A stretch of DNA of 62,991 nucleotides, from contig JBBQUQ010000005.1 in NCBI GenBank assembly GCA_038212325.1, positions 1-62,991 of the forward strand, read 5' to 3'. This document shows positions 40,601-50,213 of the stretch, in pieces. Position numbers and translations under genes: made by a program. A model generated the notes under the pieces. It was not told the DNA's origin, searched no databases, and saw only the letters and a program-made list of their open reading frames with translations. Each line of letters begins with the position of its first letter. Within the stretch, counting starts at the first letter, position 1. The DNA comes from Bacteroidales bacterium (GTDB taxonomy: Bacteria > Bacteroidota > Bacteroidia > Bacteroidales > FEN-979).

Positions 40601-41557
40601 CATGGCAATATCGGGCAATTCGACAACCGCACCTGGGATAAATCAAGCCGGATCACCGGATTGCAGAAAGGCTTCATCAGGCGGGATGAGGTGGCATGGT
40701 ACGCCACCCACCTGTATCGCGACACCCTCACCCTGCCCTATCAATATGCCTATGTTTTCAAGTACAGGCTCGACGCCAGCCCAACCAGCGGAACCTTGCA
40801 GCTTCCTGACAACGAAAGCATTAAAATTTTCGCCATCTCGCTGTCCGACAATCCTTTTGATGAAGTACGTCCCGCACACCCCCTCTATGACGACTTCACG
40901 AACCGACAGGCAATGGAACTGAACCTTGCAAAAAGTTATGTGGATGAAAACATGGTCCCCGCCGCAAAGGTCAACGCTTACAGCAACCACAACGTTGCAA
41001 AACTGCCGGCGCGGCTTACCATGAAGGATTATGCCGATATCCACCAGCCCAATGGGGTTACATCAAGTTACTATTTCAGCAATGCCGACACCAACCTTAC
41101 GGGATCCAAAAACCCGTCAGGGGCCATCATCAGCGGAATGGGCGTTACGGCCATCAACGATGGCATGTACGACCTGCTGCCGGGCGACTCCCTCCTCGAC
41201 AAATGGTCAGACAGTGGTGAAGGCCGAATCCTGATGGACCTGCAGGCAGAAATTGAGCTCGACAGCATTCATGTATTCACAGCCCAAACAACATTCCGCG
41301 GAGCACAGTCCTTTTCACTTTGGGGCGCTACCGGCGAAAAAACACCCGAAGTTACAGGCAACCCAGGTGCATCCGGCTGGAGTTTTATTGCGCTTGCGCC
41401 ACCTGAGGACATATGGGGCAACAGCAAGGCATTGTTTACGATCGTCGCCCTGCCCGAAAAATCAAAACAGTACCGGTACCTGCTTTGGGTGAGTGAAAAC
41501 ACCCCGCACGGACCTTTTTATTTCAGGGAGGTGGATGTGTTTGAAAAACAGAAATAG
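37688..41557 (+). CDS. glycoside hydrolase family 38 alpha-mannosidase with long C-terminal extension
   Basis: GYAHLDTEWRWDYE, LPDCFGF and the GH38 central and C-terminal beta-sandwich regions are present. About 300 extra C-terminal residues end in a jelly-roll-like segment. Signal peptide present. Confidence 0.85.
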   Translation: MMRIQSLAWCCLYFLLLNVAYSQTDPAKQVPLKYNLSKDPVLYTVGYAHLDTEWRWDYETTISEYLKNTLDDNFRRIEKYKPYVFTFSGARRYKMMKEYYPERYEKLKKYVSQGRWFVGGSSVDECDVNVPSPESVIRQVLYGNAYFRTEFGKESVDFLLPDCFGFQAHLPSVLAHAGLKGFSTQKLSWGSASGIPFNLGNWTGPDGNGIIAALNATDYGGEVKKRLDTSSYWVNRVMENGRKYGVFADYRYFGVGDEGGAPREEDVKNAIGSVGQPGGKIGVYLCSSDQLFRDLSEEQKKQLPVYSGDLLLTEHSSGSLTSQAYMKRWNRKNEQLAIATEAIAVMADWLGGLRYPQRSLNEAWWLVLGSQMHDILPGTSIPKAYEYAWNDEILALNKFSAGLESSAGAVIRAMDTRGKGMSLVVYNPLAISRKDVTEAEIFYPDGAPKAVRVFDATDTELPVQVLSVSKESIRILFLCTIPAMGLVCYDIQPANETAAGKSTLSASAGILDNEYLKVTFNAAGDISSIIDKKLGKELLSAPSRLEFQKEHPEYWPAWNMDWNDRKKPPVGFVKGPAKITVVEKGPVRATVKIERTALNSAFTQYVQLCSGKENLVVRNTIGWQSQGVSLKASFPLTAANSVATYNLGLGTEERSNNNEKKYEVPSREWIDLTDKSGNFGVTIFEDSKFGSDKPNDKTLRLTLLYTPTTNFYHDQATQDWGIHEITYGIYSHKGDWRTGLSEWQGRSLNQPLRAFQVSQHPGFLGKSFSFAQVSVPQVDIRTIKKAENGKDVVIRLQELMGKDLPNVEVTMASKIVKAWEIDGQERLVGEAAIKNGKLVTDMKKYAIRSFALQLGPPVETLAEPVSFELPLAYDQDVVATARNKKNGRFDDKGVTIPAELFPETLTVDGVQFSFGPKTDGKNNVLSCRGQKLSLPKTGNFSHVYILAAALTDTSGIFKAGSLKYTLRVQAYHGNIGQFDNRTWDKSSRITGLQKGFIRRDEVAWYATHLYRDTLTLPYQYAYVFKYRLDASPTSGTLQLPDNESIKIFAISLSDNPFDEVRPAHPLYDDFTNRQAMELNLAKSYVDENMVPAAKVNAYSNHNVAKLPARLTMKDYADIHQPNGVTSSYYFSNADTNLTGSKNPSGAIISGMGVTAINDGMYDLLPGDSLLDKWSDSGEGRILMDLQAEIELDSIHVFTAQTTFRGAQSFSLWGATGEKTPEVTGNPGASGWSFIALAPPEDIWGNSKALFTIVALPEKSKQYRYLLWVSENTPHGPFYFREVDVFEKQK

Positions 41558-41891
41558 CATCAGCAAGCCTGTTGATGCATATCTGCGCTGAGTTCATCGG
41601 CAAACAGCCAGGCTTTTTCAACCCGGGCAAGCAGAGCAAAATTGTCTCGGAGCCGAGTGCCCGGAAGCGGCAGCCTGGTATTAAAGGAAACTTCGCAAGG
41701 AAAAAATATTTCATTTAAATATTTTTTTATCTGATTTTAGCATTACCTTTACATAAATTAATTACTGAAGACAAACCGGCTTGCAACTGCCCGGAGTGCA
41801 AACTTATGAAATATGCCGAACATGATTTTTCCTCGTCCGGAACGACAGATCCGGCGGGTTTTTCGTGCACGTATTACAGTGAATAATAACC

Positions 41892-42389
41892 ATGTCATAC
41901 GATACCAAATCAGGAACAGTTGATTCCGCAACAGATGAAATGGAGTTAATCCTTGCCAGGATTCATCATTATTGTGCATACCAGGAGCGTTGCAACTATG
42001 AGGTCGACCAGAAGTTGATGCAGTGGAAAATCACTCCAGGTAAGATAAAGAAGATCAAACTGCATCTGAGGAGCGAAGGGTTTATTGACGAGGAACGTTA
42101 TGCCCGCATTTTTGTACGCAGCAAATTTCACATCAACAAATGGGGCAGGGTTAAAATCCGGTATGAACTCAGAAACCGCTTCATTCCTGAGAATATTGTA
42201 ACCAAGGCACTGGAAGAAATCGGAGAGGACGATTACCTCAAAACCATACAGGACTTAATTCTCAGAAAAAAGACAGAAAAAAATTCCGGAAAAAATTTGA
42301 ACATCCGCGAAAAAATCATCACTTTTGTCACTGGCAAAGGATTTGAATTTGACCTGATCTTAAAATCATTAACGGAACTTAAAATCTGA
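41892..42389 (+). CDS. recX: regulatory protein RecX
   Basis: 165 aa. YCAYQERC..EV..KL followed by a three-fold helical repeat (GFIDEERYA..FVRSK....WG..KI..EL) is typical of RecX. Confidence 0.8.
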   Translation: MSYDTKSGTVDSATDEMELILARIHHYCAYQERCNYEVDQKLMQWKITPGKIKKIKLHLRSEGFIDEERYARIFVRSKFHINKWGRVKIRYELRNRFIPENIVTKALEEIGEDDYLKTIQDLILRKKTEKNSGKNLNIREKIITFVTGKGFEFDLILKSLTELKI

Positions 42390-42390
42390 T

Positions 42391-43483
42391 ATGGTATCAC
42401 AAGACCAACTGAAAGACCTTCAGACAAGACTTGATGTCTTGAGGAGGTATCTTTGACATCGACAAAAAACTCTCTCTGATAGCCGAAGAGGAACATCTGT
42501 CGCAGGCTCCCGATTTTTGGAACAATCCCAAAACGGCCGAACAAGCTTTACGGGCCATCCGTGATAAAAAACTCTGGACTGATGCATATCTTGAGGCTCT
42601 ATCAAGCCGTGACGACCTGGTGATTATGTGGGATTTTTTCATCCAGGGAGAAGGTACGGAAGGGGATCTGGAAAGTCATTACAGGGATACAATTCGTTTG
42701 GTCGAGGATCTGGAATTCCGGAACATGCTGAGTGGGGAGGAGGATAAACTAGGCGCCATCGTGCAGATCAATTCAGGTGCAGGAGGCACCGAATCGCAGG
42801 ACTGGGCCGAAATGCTCATGCGCATGTACATCCGTTATGCCGAGCGGAGCAAATTTAAAATTGCCGAAGTAGACTACCAGGAGGGCGATGTGGCCGGAAT
42901 TAAATCGGTGACCCTTGAATTTGACGGAGATTATGCCTATGGCTACCTGAAGGGCGAGAATGGCGTACACCGTTTGGTGAGGCTTTCACCCTTCGATTCC
43001 AACCACAAGCGGCATACATCGTTCGCATCGGTTTACGCCTACCCGATCATCAACGATGACATCATCATTGAAATAAACCCATCCGACATCAGCTGGGATA
43101 CCTTCCGGAGCAGCGGACCCGGCGGACAAAATGTGAACAAGGTCGAAACCGCGGTGAGGCTCAAACACGAGCCCTCGGGTATTGTCATTGAATGCCAGGA
43201 GACCCGTTCGCAAGGCCAGAACCGCGAAAAAGCACTGAAGCTACTGAAATCACAGCTGTACGAAATTGAACTGCGCAAGCAGCGTGAAAAGATCAATGTG
43301 ATTGAAAGCGGCAAGAAAAAAATCGAATGGGGCAGCCAGATCCGCAGCTATGTGCTGCATCCTTATAAAATGGTGAAAGACCTTCGAACCAGCTATGAAA
43401 CATCAGATACCCAGGCGGTGCTCGACGGTGACCTTACCGACTTTATCAAAGCCTACCTGATGGAGTACGGCAACTCCGGTTAA
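42391..43483 (+). CDS. prfB: peptide chain release factor 2, requires a programmed +1 frameshift at 42451-42456
   Basis: Frame 0, 42391-42453, reads [21 protein letters not shown] and then meets TGA. The +1 frame from 42455 continues [24 protein letters not shown]... into the listed ORF, which carries SPF and GGQ ([15 protein letters not shown]). Confidence 0.9.
42442..42456 (+). other. prfB recoding site AGGAGG-TAT-CTT-TGA
   Basis: An internal SD-like AGGAGG lies 3 nt upstream of the slippery CTT TGA C. This is the same architecture as the classical RF2 autoregulatory frameshift site. Confidence 0.85.
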
Positions 43484-43536
43484 CCATCAAGATCGTGTAA
43501 AGACGTGCCGCAGTGCGTCTCATAACCATACCCTCT

Positions 43537-43881
43537 ATGCTCAAAATCTATCACAACCCATCCTGCAAAAAATCCCGCGCAGGCCTGCAGTACCTGAAAG
43601 AATCGGGGAAACCCTTCACAGTCGTGGAGTACATGAAACAGCCCCCGACCGGACAGGAATTAGAAAAACTGCTGGTGAAATTAAACCTGAAGCCTGCGAA
43701 TATCCTGCGCACCCAGGAAGATTACTACAAGCAACATATAAAGGGTAAAAAATTTGAAGATCATGAACTGGTTAAGATCATGCTTCAAAACCCGAAGCTC
43801 CTCCAGCGCCCTATTGTTGAAGGAGCTTACAAAGCGGTGGTAGGCGACCCGGTTGAAAACATCGCCCCACTCCTGACGTAA
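43537..43881 (+). CDS. ArsC/Spx/YffB-family thioredoxin-fold protein
   Basis: MLKIYHNPSCKKSR start with the family's conserved N-terminal cysteine, and L.QRPIV near the C-terminus. The ATG at 43537 is preferred over the GTG at 43513. Confidence 0.8.
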   Translation: MLKIYHNPSCKKSRAGLQYLKESGKPFTVVEYMKQPPTGQELEKLLVKLNLKPANILRTQEDYYKQHIKGKKFEDHELVKIMLQNPKLLQRPIVEGAYKAVVGDPVENIAPLLT

Positions 43882-43911
43882 TTCCAGCAACCAACCCTTA
43901 AAAATCCCGCC

Positions 43912-45309
43912 ATGAAAACACGCATCGAAAAAGACACCATGGGCCCCATAGAGGTCGCCGTGGATAAATATTGGGGCGCCCAGACACAGAGGTCGCTGAC
44001 CAATTTCAAAATCGGCGAACCCGGTTCCATGCCAAAAGAGATGATCCATGGCATGGCGCTCCTGAAAAAAGCCGCCGCAATGGTCAATGCCGATCTTGGC
44101 GTGCTTTCGGCAGAAAAAAAAGATTTGATTGTGCTCGCTTGCGATGAAATCCTGGATGGAAAGCTGAATGACCATTTCCCCCTTGTCATTTGGCAAACCG
44201 GTTCGGGCACTCAAACCAACATGAACCTCAACGAGGTGATCGCCAACAGGGCGCATGTGCTCCACGGAGGTGAACTTGGCGGCGAAGGCAAAACCATGGT
44301 CCATCCCAACGATGATGTGAACAAGTCGCAGTCTTCCAACGACACTTTCCCGGCAGCCATGAGCATAGCGGCTTATCAAATGGTAACCGCCACCACCATC
44401 CCCGGGGTTGAACTCCTGAAAGCAACCCTTGCAAAGAAATCGGATGAGTTTAAAGAGATCGTGAAAACCGGCCGCACCCACCTGATGGATGCAACGCCAC
44501 TCACGCTCGGACAGGAGTTTTCAGGATATGTTTCGCAGTTGGAGCACGGGCTGAAAGCTTTGAAAAATACCCTTCCTCATTTATCGGAACTTGCACTCGG
44601 CGGAACTGCGGTCGGCACCGGGCTGAATGCACCCAAGGGTTATGATGTGCTGGTGGCCAAAAAGATCGCAGAACTAACCGGTTTACCGTTTATTACGGCA
44701 TACAATAAATTTGAATCATTGTCGGCACACGATGCAATGGTCGAAACATCAGGGGCGCTTAAAACACTTGCGGTCAGCCTGATGCATATCGCATCCAACA
44801 TCAGGCTGCTGGCTTCAGGCCCGCGTTGCGGCATTGGCGAACTGATGCTCCCCGAAAATGAACCCGGATCAAGCATCATGCCCGGCAAAGTGAATCCAAC
44901 CCAGCCCGAGGCCATGACCATGGTATGCGCCCAGGTGCTCGGAAACGATGTGGCCATCAACATCGGCGGCATCAGCGGCCATTTTCAGCTTAATGTGTTC
45001 AAGCCGCTGATGATCTCCAACCTGCTGATGTCGGCAAGGTTGCTTGGCGATGCCTGTGTGTCGTTCAACGACAACTGCGCCATCGGGATCGAACCGAACA
45101 TGGCAGCCATCAATAAGAATCTCGAAAACTCGTTGATGCTCGTAACTGCGCTCAACCCGCATATTGGCTATGACAATGCTGCCAAAATTGCCAAAAAAGC
45201 GCATAAAGAGCACAAAACCTTGCGGGAAGCCACGCTTGAACTTGGATTGCTAAGCGATGAAGAATTTACGAAAATCGTTGATCCGACTAAGATGACCGGG
45301 CCGAAATAA
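43912..45309 (+). CDS. fumC: class II fumarate hydratase
   Basis: EKDTMG...[12 protein letters not shown] and the [13 protein letters not shown] signature are present. Confidence 0.95.
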   Translation: MKTRIEKDTMGPIEVAVDKYWGAQTQRSLTNFKIGEPGSMPKEMIHGMALLKKAAAMVNADLGVLSAEKKDLIVLACDEILDGKLNDHFPLVIWQTGSGTQTNMNLNEVIANRAHVLHGGELGGEGKTMVHPNDDVNKSQSSNDTFPAAMSIAAYQMVTATTIPGVELLKATLAKKSDEFKEIVKTGRTHLMDATPLTLGQEFSGYVSQLEHGLKALKNTLPHLSELALGGTAVGTGLNAPKGYDVLVAKKIAELTGLPFITAYNKFESLSAHDAMVETSGALKTLAVSLMHIASNIRLLASGPRCGIGELMLPENEPGSSIMPGKVNPTQPEAMTMVCAQVLGNDVAINIGGISGHFQLNVFKPLMISNLLMSARLLGDACVSFNDNCAIGIEPNMAAINKNLENSLMLVTALNPHIGYDNAAKIAKKAHKEHKTLREATLELGLLSDEEFTKIVDPTKMTGPK

Positions 45310-45315
45310 TCTGAA

Positions 45316-47154
45316 ATGCCAGCAAAGAAAAAGAACAAGAAACACGAGTCTCCAACTCTTCATTTAAACCTGGTTGCCATTGTTATTGCAACAATCGCGG
45401 CATTCTATCCTTCCCTTGCAAATGACTTTGTGAATTGGGATGATGTTGTTTATATCATGAACAACGACATGATCAAAACCCTGAGCATCGACAACCTGGG
45501 CAGAATGTTTTCATCATTTTTTATGGGGAATTACCATCCGCTTACCCTCCTGAGCTTCGCAATCGATTATTCCGTGTTTAATTTTAAGGATGTAAGTCCC
45601 CATGGATATCATTTGCACAATCTGGTCCTGCATCTGGTCAATACAGTTCTTGTCTATTTTGCAGCCTGGCACCTTCTCAGGAAAAATCAGCTGGCGGCAT
45701 TCATCGTATCCATTCTTTTTGCAATTCATCCCATGCACGTTGAGTCGGTTGCATGGGTTTCCGAAAGGAAAGATCTCCTCTATACCATGTATTTCCTGTT
45801 GGCAATGCTCTCCTACATTTTTTACAATAAAACCCGCAAATTAACGTACTTTGTGATCACGCTTGCTTGCTTCCTGCTTTCGCTGCTATCGAAGGCACAG
45901 GCTGTAACCCTGCCCGTCGTGCTGTTATTGATCGACTATTTCGTTGAGCGCAAACCGGATGTAAAAATGTTCCTTGAGAAGATTCCGTTTTTGGTATTGT
46001 CGCTGTTTTTCGGCTATATTGCCATCCTTGCGCAGACGGCCGACGACTCAGTAAACTCATTTGGAATTTCTGTCATCAGCAGTCTGTTCTATGCCCAGTA
46101 CAGCGTTTGCGTCTATCTTTTCAAATTAGTATTCCCTGTCGGTCTCACTTGCCTGTATGAATACCCGGTCACCCCCGGTGGCGGTGTTCCTTTCTATATT
46201 TACCTTTCCCCGGTAATTCTGATTGTCCTGTTCATCATCATCCTGAAAACCTGGAAAAAATTTCCAGCCATACCTTTCGGAATTCTCTTTTTCCTCGGGG
46301 TGATTTTTCCAGTACTACAGTTTCTCCCTGTGGGACGTGCAATTGTGGCAGAACGTTATTCCTATATTCCATACATTGGGTTGTTTTTTACAATCGCAGC
46401 CCTCTTCATTCATCTTCGCAACAGGTTGACATCGCAGGGAGCTAAAAAGGCACTGAACTACACTGGCATGGGGGTCATCCTGCTATTTTGCATCCTGACC
46501 TGGAACAGGACAAAAGTGTGGGCCGACAGCGTCTCCCTGTGGACAGATGTGATGCAGAAAAACCCGTCGTGCATGTCGGCATACATTAACCGAAGCTTCA
46601 TGTACATCCAGTACAAACAGTTTGATAAAGCCCTTAAGGACTGTGACGATGGACTTAAAATTGATTCCACCCAATACAAGCTCAACCTAAACCGGGGAAC
46701 AGTTTACCGGAATCTGGCCATGTACGACCAGGCTCTCAGGGAGTTTTCGTCTGCCCTCAGGATAAATCCTCAGAGCGTTGATACCTATCTCGACAGGGGC
46801 ATACTATATACCGACAGGTTCAGTAAATACGACAGTGGCATTGCTGATTTCCGACATTACCTGAGTTACAGGCCAAATGATAAAAATGGCAATTTCAATC
46901 TGGGGGTGGCCTATTACAAAAATCAAAACTATGACAGTTCTTTGAATTACCTTGCGAAAACGCTCGAATTATCGCCCGATTACAAGGAGGCATATTATAT
47001 CCGTGCAGTTGTATACGCCTTAAAACTGGATTACGCCAAAGCATATGAAAATGGTTCCAGGGCCCAATCCATTGGATTCTCCATCGACAAAGCCTTGCTT
47101 GAATCCTGGCGGAAAAATGCGAATATAGTCCTTCCCGACCTCAGGCAGAGGTGA
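45316..47154 (+). CDS. TMTC/PMT_2-like GT-C-fold membrane protein with C-terminal TPR repeats (paralog 1)
   Basis: The N-terminal about 400 aa are polytopic, with FVNWDD in the first loop, then YHPLTLLSF, GYHL.N..LH and HPMHVESVAWVSERKDLL. At least 5 TPR units follow at the C-terminus. Confidence 0.75.
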   Translation: MPAKKKNKKHESPTLHLNLVAIVIATIAAFYPSLANDFVNWDDVVYIMNNDMIKTLSIDNLGRMFSSFFMGNYHPLTLLSFAIDYSVFNFKDVSPHGYHLHNLVLHLVNTVLVYFAAWHLLRKNQLAAFIVSILFAIHPMHVESVAWVSERKDLLYTMYFLLAMLSYIFYNKTRKLTYFVITLACFLLSLLSKAQAVTLPVVLLLIDYFVERKPDVKMFLEKIPFLVLSLFFGYIAILAQTADDSVNSFGISVISSLFYAQYSVCVYLFKLVFPVGLTCLYEYPVTPGGGVPFYIYLSPVILIVLFIIILKTWKKFPAIPFGILFFLGVIFPVLQFLPVGRAIVAERYSYIPYIGLFFTIAALFIHLRNRLTSQGAKKALNYTGMGVILLFCILTWNRTKVWADSVSLWTDVMQKNPSCMSAYINRSFMYIQYKQFDKALKDCDDGLKIDSTQYKLNLNRGTVYRNLAMYDQALREFSSALRINPQSVDTYLDRGILYTDRFSKYDSGIADFRHYLSYRPNDKNGNFNLGVAYYKNQNYDSSLNYLAKTLELSPDYKEAYYIRAVVYALKLDYAKAYENGSRAQSIGFSIDKALLESWRKNANIVLPDLRQR

Positions 47155-47157
47155 TTT

Positions 47158-48705
47158 TCATTTAAAGACCATCTCGCTTTTCAGATCCAGGAGCCTGAAA
47201 ACAAATGCTTTCCGCACCGTATCATGTTTCCGGGTCAGAATGAGGGTATCGGCCGCCACGATTGTATCGAACAACGCTCCGTATAAGGCAACCGGATCCT
47301 GGTAATCGTCGCTCAGGGCAATATAATAGGCATCGGAGCCCGGTTTCAGGTTGCCGCGAAGCTGATTGATCCAGTAATACTTATGAATACGCTCCAGGGT
47401 TCCTGTCGCATATACGGGCATGCCGCATGGCGTGCCGACATAGTAGTCTATGTTGGCTGCAGGAAACCATCTGAAGGTCAGGATCGGCGATCCTTTTTGC
47501 ATAATCGATTGATCTTCATCTCTTTTTGCAACCGGGGTAAACTTCTCCCCCAACTGTCTCCAGCCAGTCATGTCGCAGGTAGGGTCATGTACGTTCCACC
47601 TCGTGAGTGGAACCCATCCGAACCTGATCTGGGCGACCGAAGCGACCACAACAAGCGCCAGGAAGGACACGGATAGTGCAAGTGGCCAGGGAACAAGCCG
47701 TATCCGGGCATCCCTGCGTTTGGGCTCCGCCAGGTAAGCGGCAGCAAGCAGCATGAAACCCAGGTAGCCCGGACCGCTCCAGTGGGGCAGGGTGCTGCGG
47801 AAAAGCGAAAAGGAGGTGAATACCAAAACCAGGGGAACGCTGGTCCAAAGGATAATTTGCCTGTATTCGGCCTGCAGGAATTGCCTGCCCAGGATCAGTG
47901 CCGCCAGGGAGGAAAGGATGATCAATACATTTACAGGGTTATTGTAAAAAAACTGTCCGGCAACCTCCGTTAAAAAATATTGCGGCTTCAACCCGGAATC
48001 TGTGATGCTGACCCTGTTTTCGTGAAATGTGAAGCTGATGAAATTATTTTCAATATTCCAGATGAGCACGGGAGCGCATAGTAACAATGCTAAGAACAGC
48101 GCGCCATAAGTCTCTTTCGCCCTGAACCACCGGCGATTGTAAAATAGCATGTAAAAGAAAACACCGGAGAACAGAAATATGGAATGGTATTTCGACAGCA
48201 GCGCGATCGCGGCTGTGGCGCCGGCCAGCAATAGCAGAAGCCTGCTTTTCGGCGACCGGCTGCGGTCGGGCAATGATTTCAGCAGGAGGAACAGGGTCAG
48301 CAGCCAGAAAAATACCTGGGGTGAATCGGGGAGGATAAACGTTCCGGCAAGAACAAACCCGTAAAATGAAGCGGTAAAAAGCAGGGCGGCGTATAGGCCT
48401 GTGAGCGGATTCCTGATCTGCCTCCCTATCAGGAACATCATCGCGGTGCTCAAGGTTCCCAGCACCACGGCAGCCAGCCGTATAAAAAATTCGCCGGAGA
48501 ATGCGAGGTTGAGCGTAAAAAATTGTATCACAAGCCCCACCATCGGCGGATGATCGAAATGGCTGAGTGCAGGAAATTTTGCATAGGTCCAGTAATAGAC
48601 TTCGTCGTTTCCCAACTCGATAAAGCCAGCGATAAATCCACGAACCAGCGTCGACATTGCCAGGAGGATGAAAAAAGCCAGGTAAATCTTACGGTTCGAA
48701 GGCAT
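47158..48705 (-). CDS. ArnT/GT39-like GT-C-fold glycosyltransferase
   Basis: Polytopic membrane protein with ELGNDEVYYW in the first loop and HPPMVG. The start was trimmed to the ATG at 48705 (MPSNRKIYLAFF). Confidence 0.8.
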   Translation of the reverse strand: MPSNRKIYLAFFILLAMSTLVRGFIAGFIELGNDEVYYWTYAKFPALSHFDHPPMVGLVIQFFTLNLAFSGEFFIRLAAVVLGTLSTAMMFLIGRQIRNPLTGLYAALLFTASFYGFVLAGTFILPDSPQVFFWLLTLFLLLKSLPDRSRSPKSRLLLLLAGATAAIALLSKYHSIFLFSGVFFYMLFYNRRWFRAKETYGALFLALLLCAPVLIWNIENNFISFTFHENRVSITDSGLKPQYFLTEVAGQFFYNNPVNVLIILSSLAALILGRQFLQAEYRQIILWTSVPLVLVFTSFSLFRSTLPHWSGPGYLGFMLLAAAYLAEPKRRDARIRLVPWPLALSVSFLALVVVASVAQIRFGWVPLTRWNVHDPTCDMTGWRQLGEKFTPVAKRDEDQSIMQKGSPILTFRWFPAANIDYYVGTPCGMPVYATGTLERIHKYYWINQLRGNLKPGSDAYYIALSDDYQDPVALYGALFDTIVAADTLILTRKHDTVRKAFVFRLLDLKSEMVFK

Positions 48706-48724
48706 CTGATACTGATTTGAAAAT

Positions 48725-48748
48725 TTGTCCGCTTGTCCGCTTGCCTGC
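48725..48748. repeat. tandem octamer TTGTCCGC x2 plus a degenerate copy TTGCCTGC
   Basis: Read directly in the mntH/GT39 spacer. Its reverse complement shares the 13-mer CAAGCGGACAAGC with 5011-5023. Confidence 0.8.
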
Positions 48749-48779
48749 CCGCTCATCGAGGCAAGTACATCCCGTGTAC

Positions 48780-50042
48780 TTATAAGAAGCTGAACAGCAA
48801 CTTAATATTCAGGAAAACAACAACCCCTCCGACAACCAGCAGCATAATTTTGGTAGTGGGAGCATTCACATATTTCCCCATCACCTTTTTCGACGACGTA
48901 AGGTAGATCTGCAGGAATATGGTAAATGGTAATTGTATGCTGAGCATCATCTGTGAGATGATCAGCCCCTGGTAGGGATTGCTGATCACAAAAATGATGA
49001 GCAGAGCGATGACCAGTGAAATCAGCACTCCCAGGCGTGAATGGCTGTCGTGGATATCAAACGGTTCACCAAATATTCCGGCAAAAATGCTGCCACCGGC
49101 CATCCCCGAGGTGATGGTTGATGCGATGCCGGCAAACAGCAGGGCAACACCAAACACGACAGCGGCATTGTTTCCCAGGAGCGGCCTGAGGATACTTTCG
49201 GCCTGCTGCAGCTCGTTTACAGGGATGTGGTTTGTAAAAAAGGCTGTCGCTGCCAGCAGGATGATCGCGCTGTTGATGGCCCATCCGATGACCATGGAGA
49301 AAAGGGTATCGAAAAGCTCATAATCCATCTGGCGCTTGATCACTTTTTCATCTTCCAGGTTCCACTGGCGGCTTTGTATGATCTCGGAGTGGAGAAACAG
49401 GTTGTGGGGCATTACCACTGCGCCAAGTACACTCATCACAATGATCATCGATCCCTGCGGAAGACTTGGCTTCACCCAGCCGATCCCCGCCTGCACCCAG
49501 TTGATATCGACCAGCGTAAGCTCGTATAAAAAGGAGAGCCCGATGATGGAGACGAAGGCGATGATGAATTTCTCAATTTTCTGGTATGAATTGGTAAACA
49601 ACATGATAATTACCAACACGAAAGCCATGATGGCACCCGCCGGGATCGGGATATCGAAGAGCATGTTGAGCGCCACCGCAGCGCCAAGTATCTCGGCCAG
49701 CGAAGTCGAGACGGAGGCGCCCATGGCTGAAATGAGTACGGTACGCGACACCCACAGCGGGGTGTGCTTGTTTGCCGCCTCCGACAGGCAGAGCCCGGTG
49801 GCAATGCCAAGATGCGCCACATTATGCTGCAGGATGATCAGCATTACGGTTGAAAGCGTGACCATCCAGAGCAACTCATACCCATACTCCGAGCCGGCGG
49901 CAATATTCGATGCCCAGTTCCCCGGATCGATAAATCCGACTGTGACAAGCAATCCCGGCCCGATATACTTCAGGATGTCGAGCCCGCCTAAACGCGGCTT
50001 GTGGTCGCGCCGGCGAAGATCTTTAATGAAATCTAACAGCAT
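48780..50042 (-). CDS. mntH: NRAMP-family divalent metal (Mn2+/Fe2+) transporter
   Basis: GPG.LV..GFIDPGNW motif and 11-12 TM segments. 420 aa. Confidence 0.9.
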   Translation of the reverse strand: MLLDFIKDLRRRDHKPRLGGLDILKYIGPGLLVTVGFIDPGNWASNIAAGSEYGYELLWMVTLSTVMLIILQHNVAHLGIATGLCLSEAANKHTPLWVSRTVLISAMGASVSTSLAEILGAAVALNMLFDIPIPAGAIMAFVLVIIMLFTNSYQKIEKFIIAFVSIIGLSFLYELTLVDINWVQAGIGWVKPSLPQGSMIIVMSVLGAVVMPHNLFLHSEIIQSRQWNLEDEKVIKRQMDYELFDTLFSMVIGWAINSAIILLAATAFFTNHIPVNELQQAESILRPLLGNNAAVVFGVALLFAGIASTITSGMAGGSIFAGIFGEPFDIHDSHSRLGVLISLVIALLIIFVISNPYQGLIISQMMLSIQLPFTIFLQIYLTSSKKVMGKYVNAPTTKIMLLVVGGVVVFLNIKLLFSFL

Positions 50043-50071
50043 ACATCAACTGAATTCAGATCCATAAAGGT

Positions 50072-50119
50072 AAATAAAAAACATCGTCCTGCTTCCATGG
50101 GAAGGATACAGGACGATAT
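50072..50119 (-). terminator. intrinsic-terminator-like hairpin plus U-run on the minus strand
   Basis: A 9-bp stem (ATCGTCCTG/CAGGACGAT) plus a 5-bp inner stem (CTTCC/GGAAG) is followed on the minus strand by GTTTTTTATTT. It ends about 30 nt before the mntH ATG. Confidence 0.55.
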
Positions 50120-50213
50120 GTTATTTAGAATTTTTCCAATAACAGGAAACAATTTGAAATTACCAAAATCACAACGCTAAAAATTCTGTTCGGGCTGAGT
50201 TTAAAACTACCCC

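Noticed and set aside
41558-41891. 334-nt gap between GH38 and recX as a possible sRNA or small gene (47-aa and 26-aa ORFs, weak hairpins)
   Set aside because: No convincing stem-loop with a U-run, no promoter box and no recognisable peptide family. The evidence is insufficient to call anything.
50120-50200. yybP-ykoY Mn2+ riboswitch upstream of mntH
   Set aside because: Only a loose GGGGGUAG resemblance to the conserved GGGGAGUAG core could be seen, and I could not trace the four-helix architecture by eye. It is kept as a question under findings rather than called as a feature.
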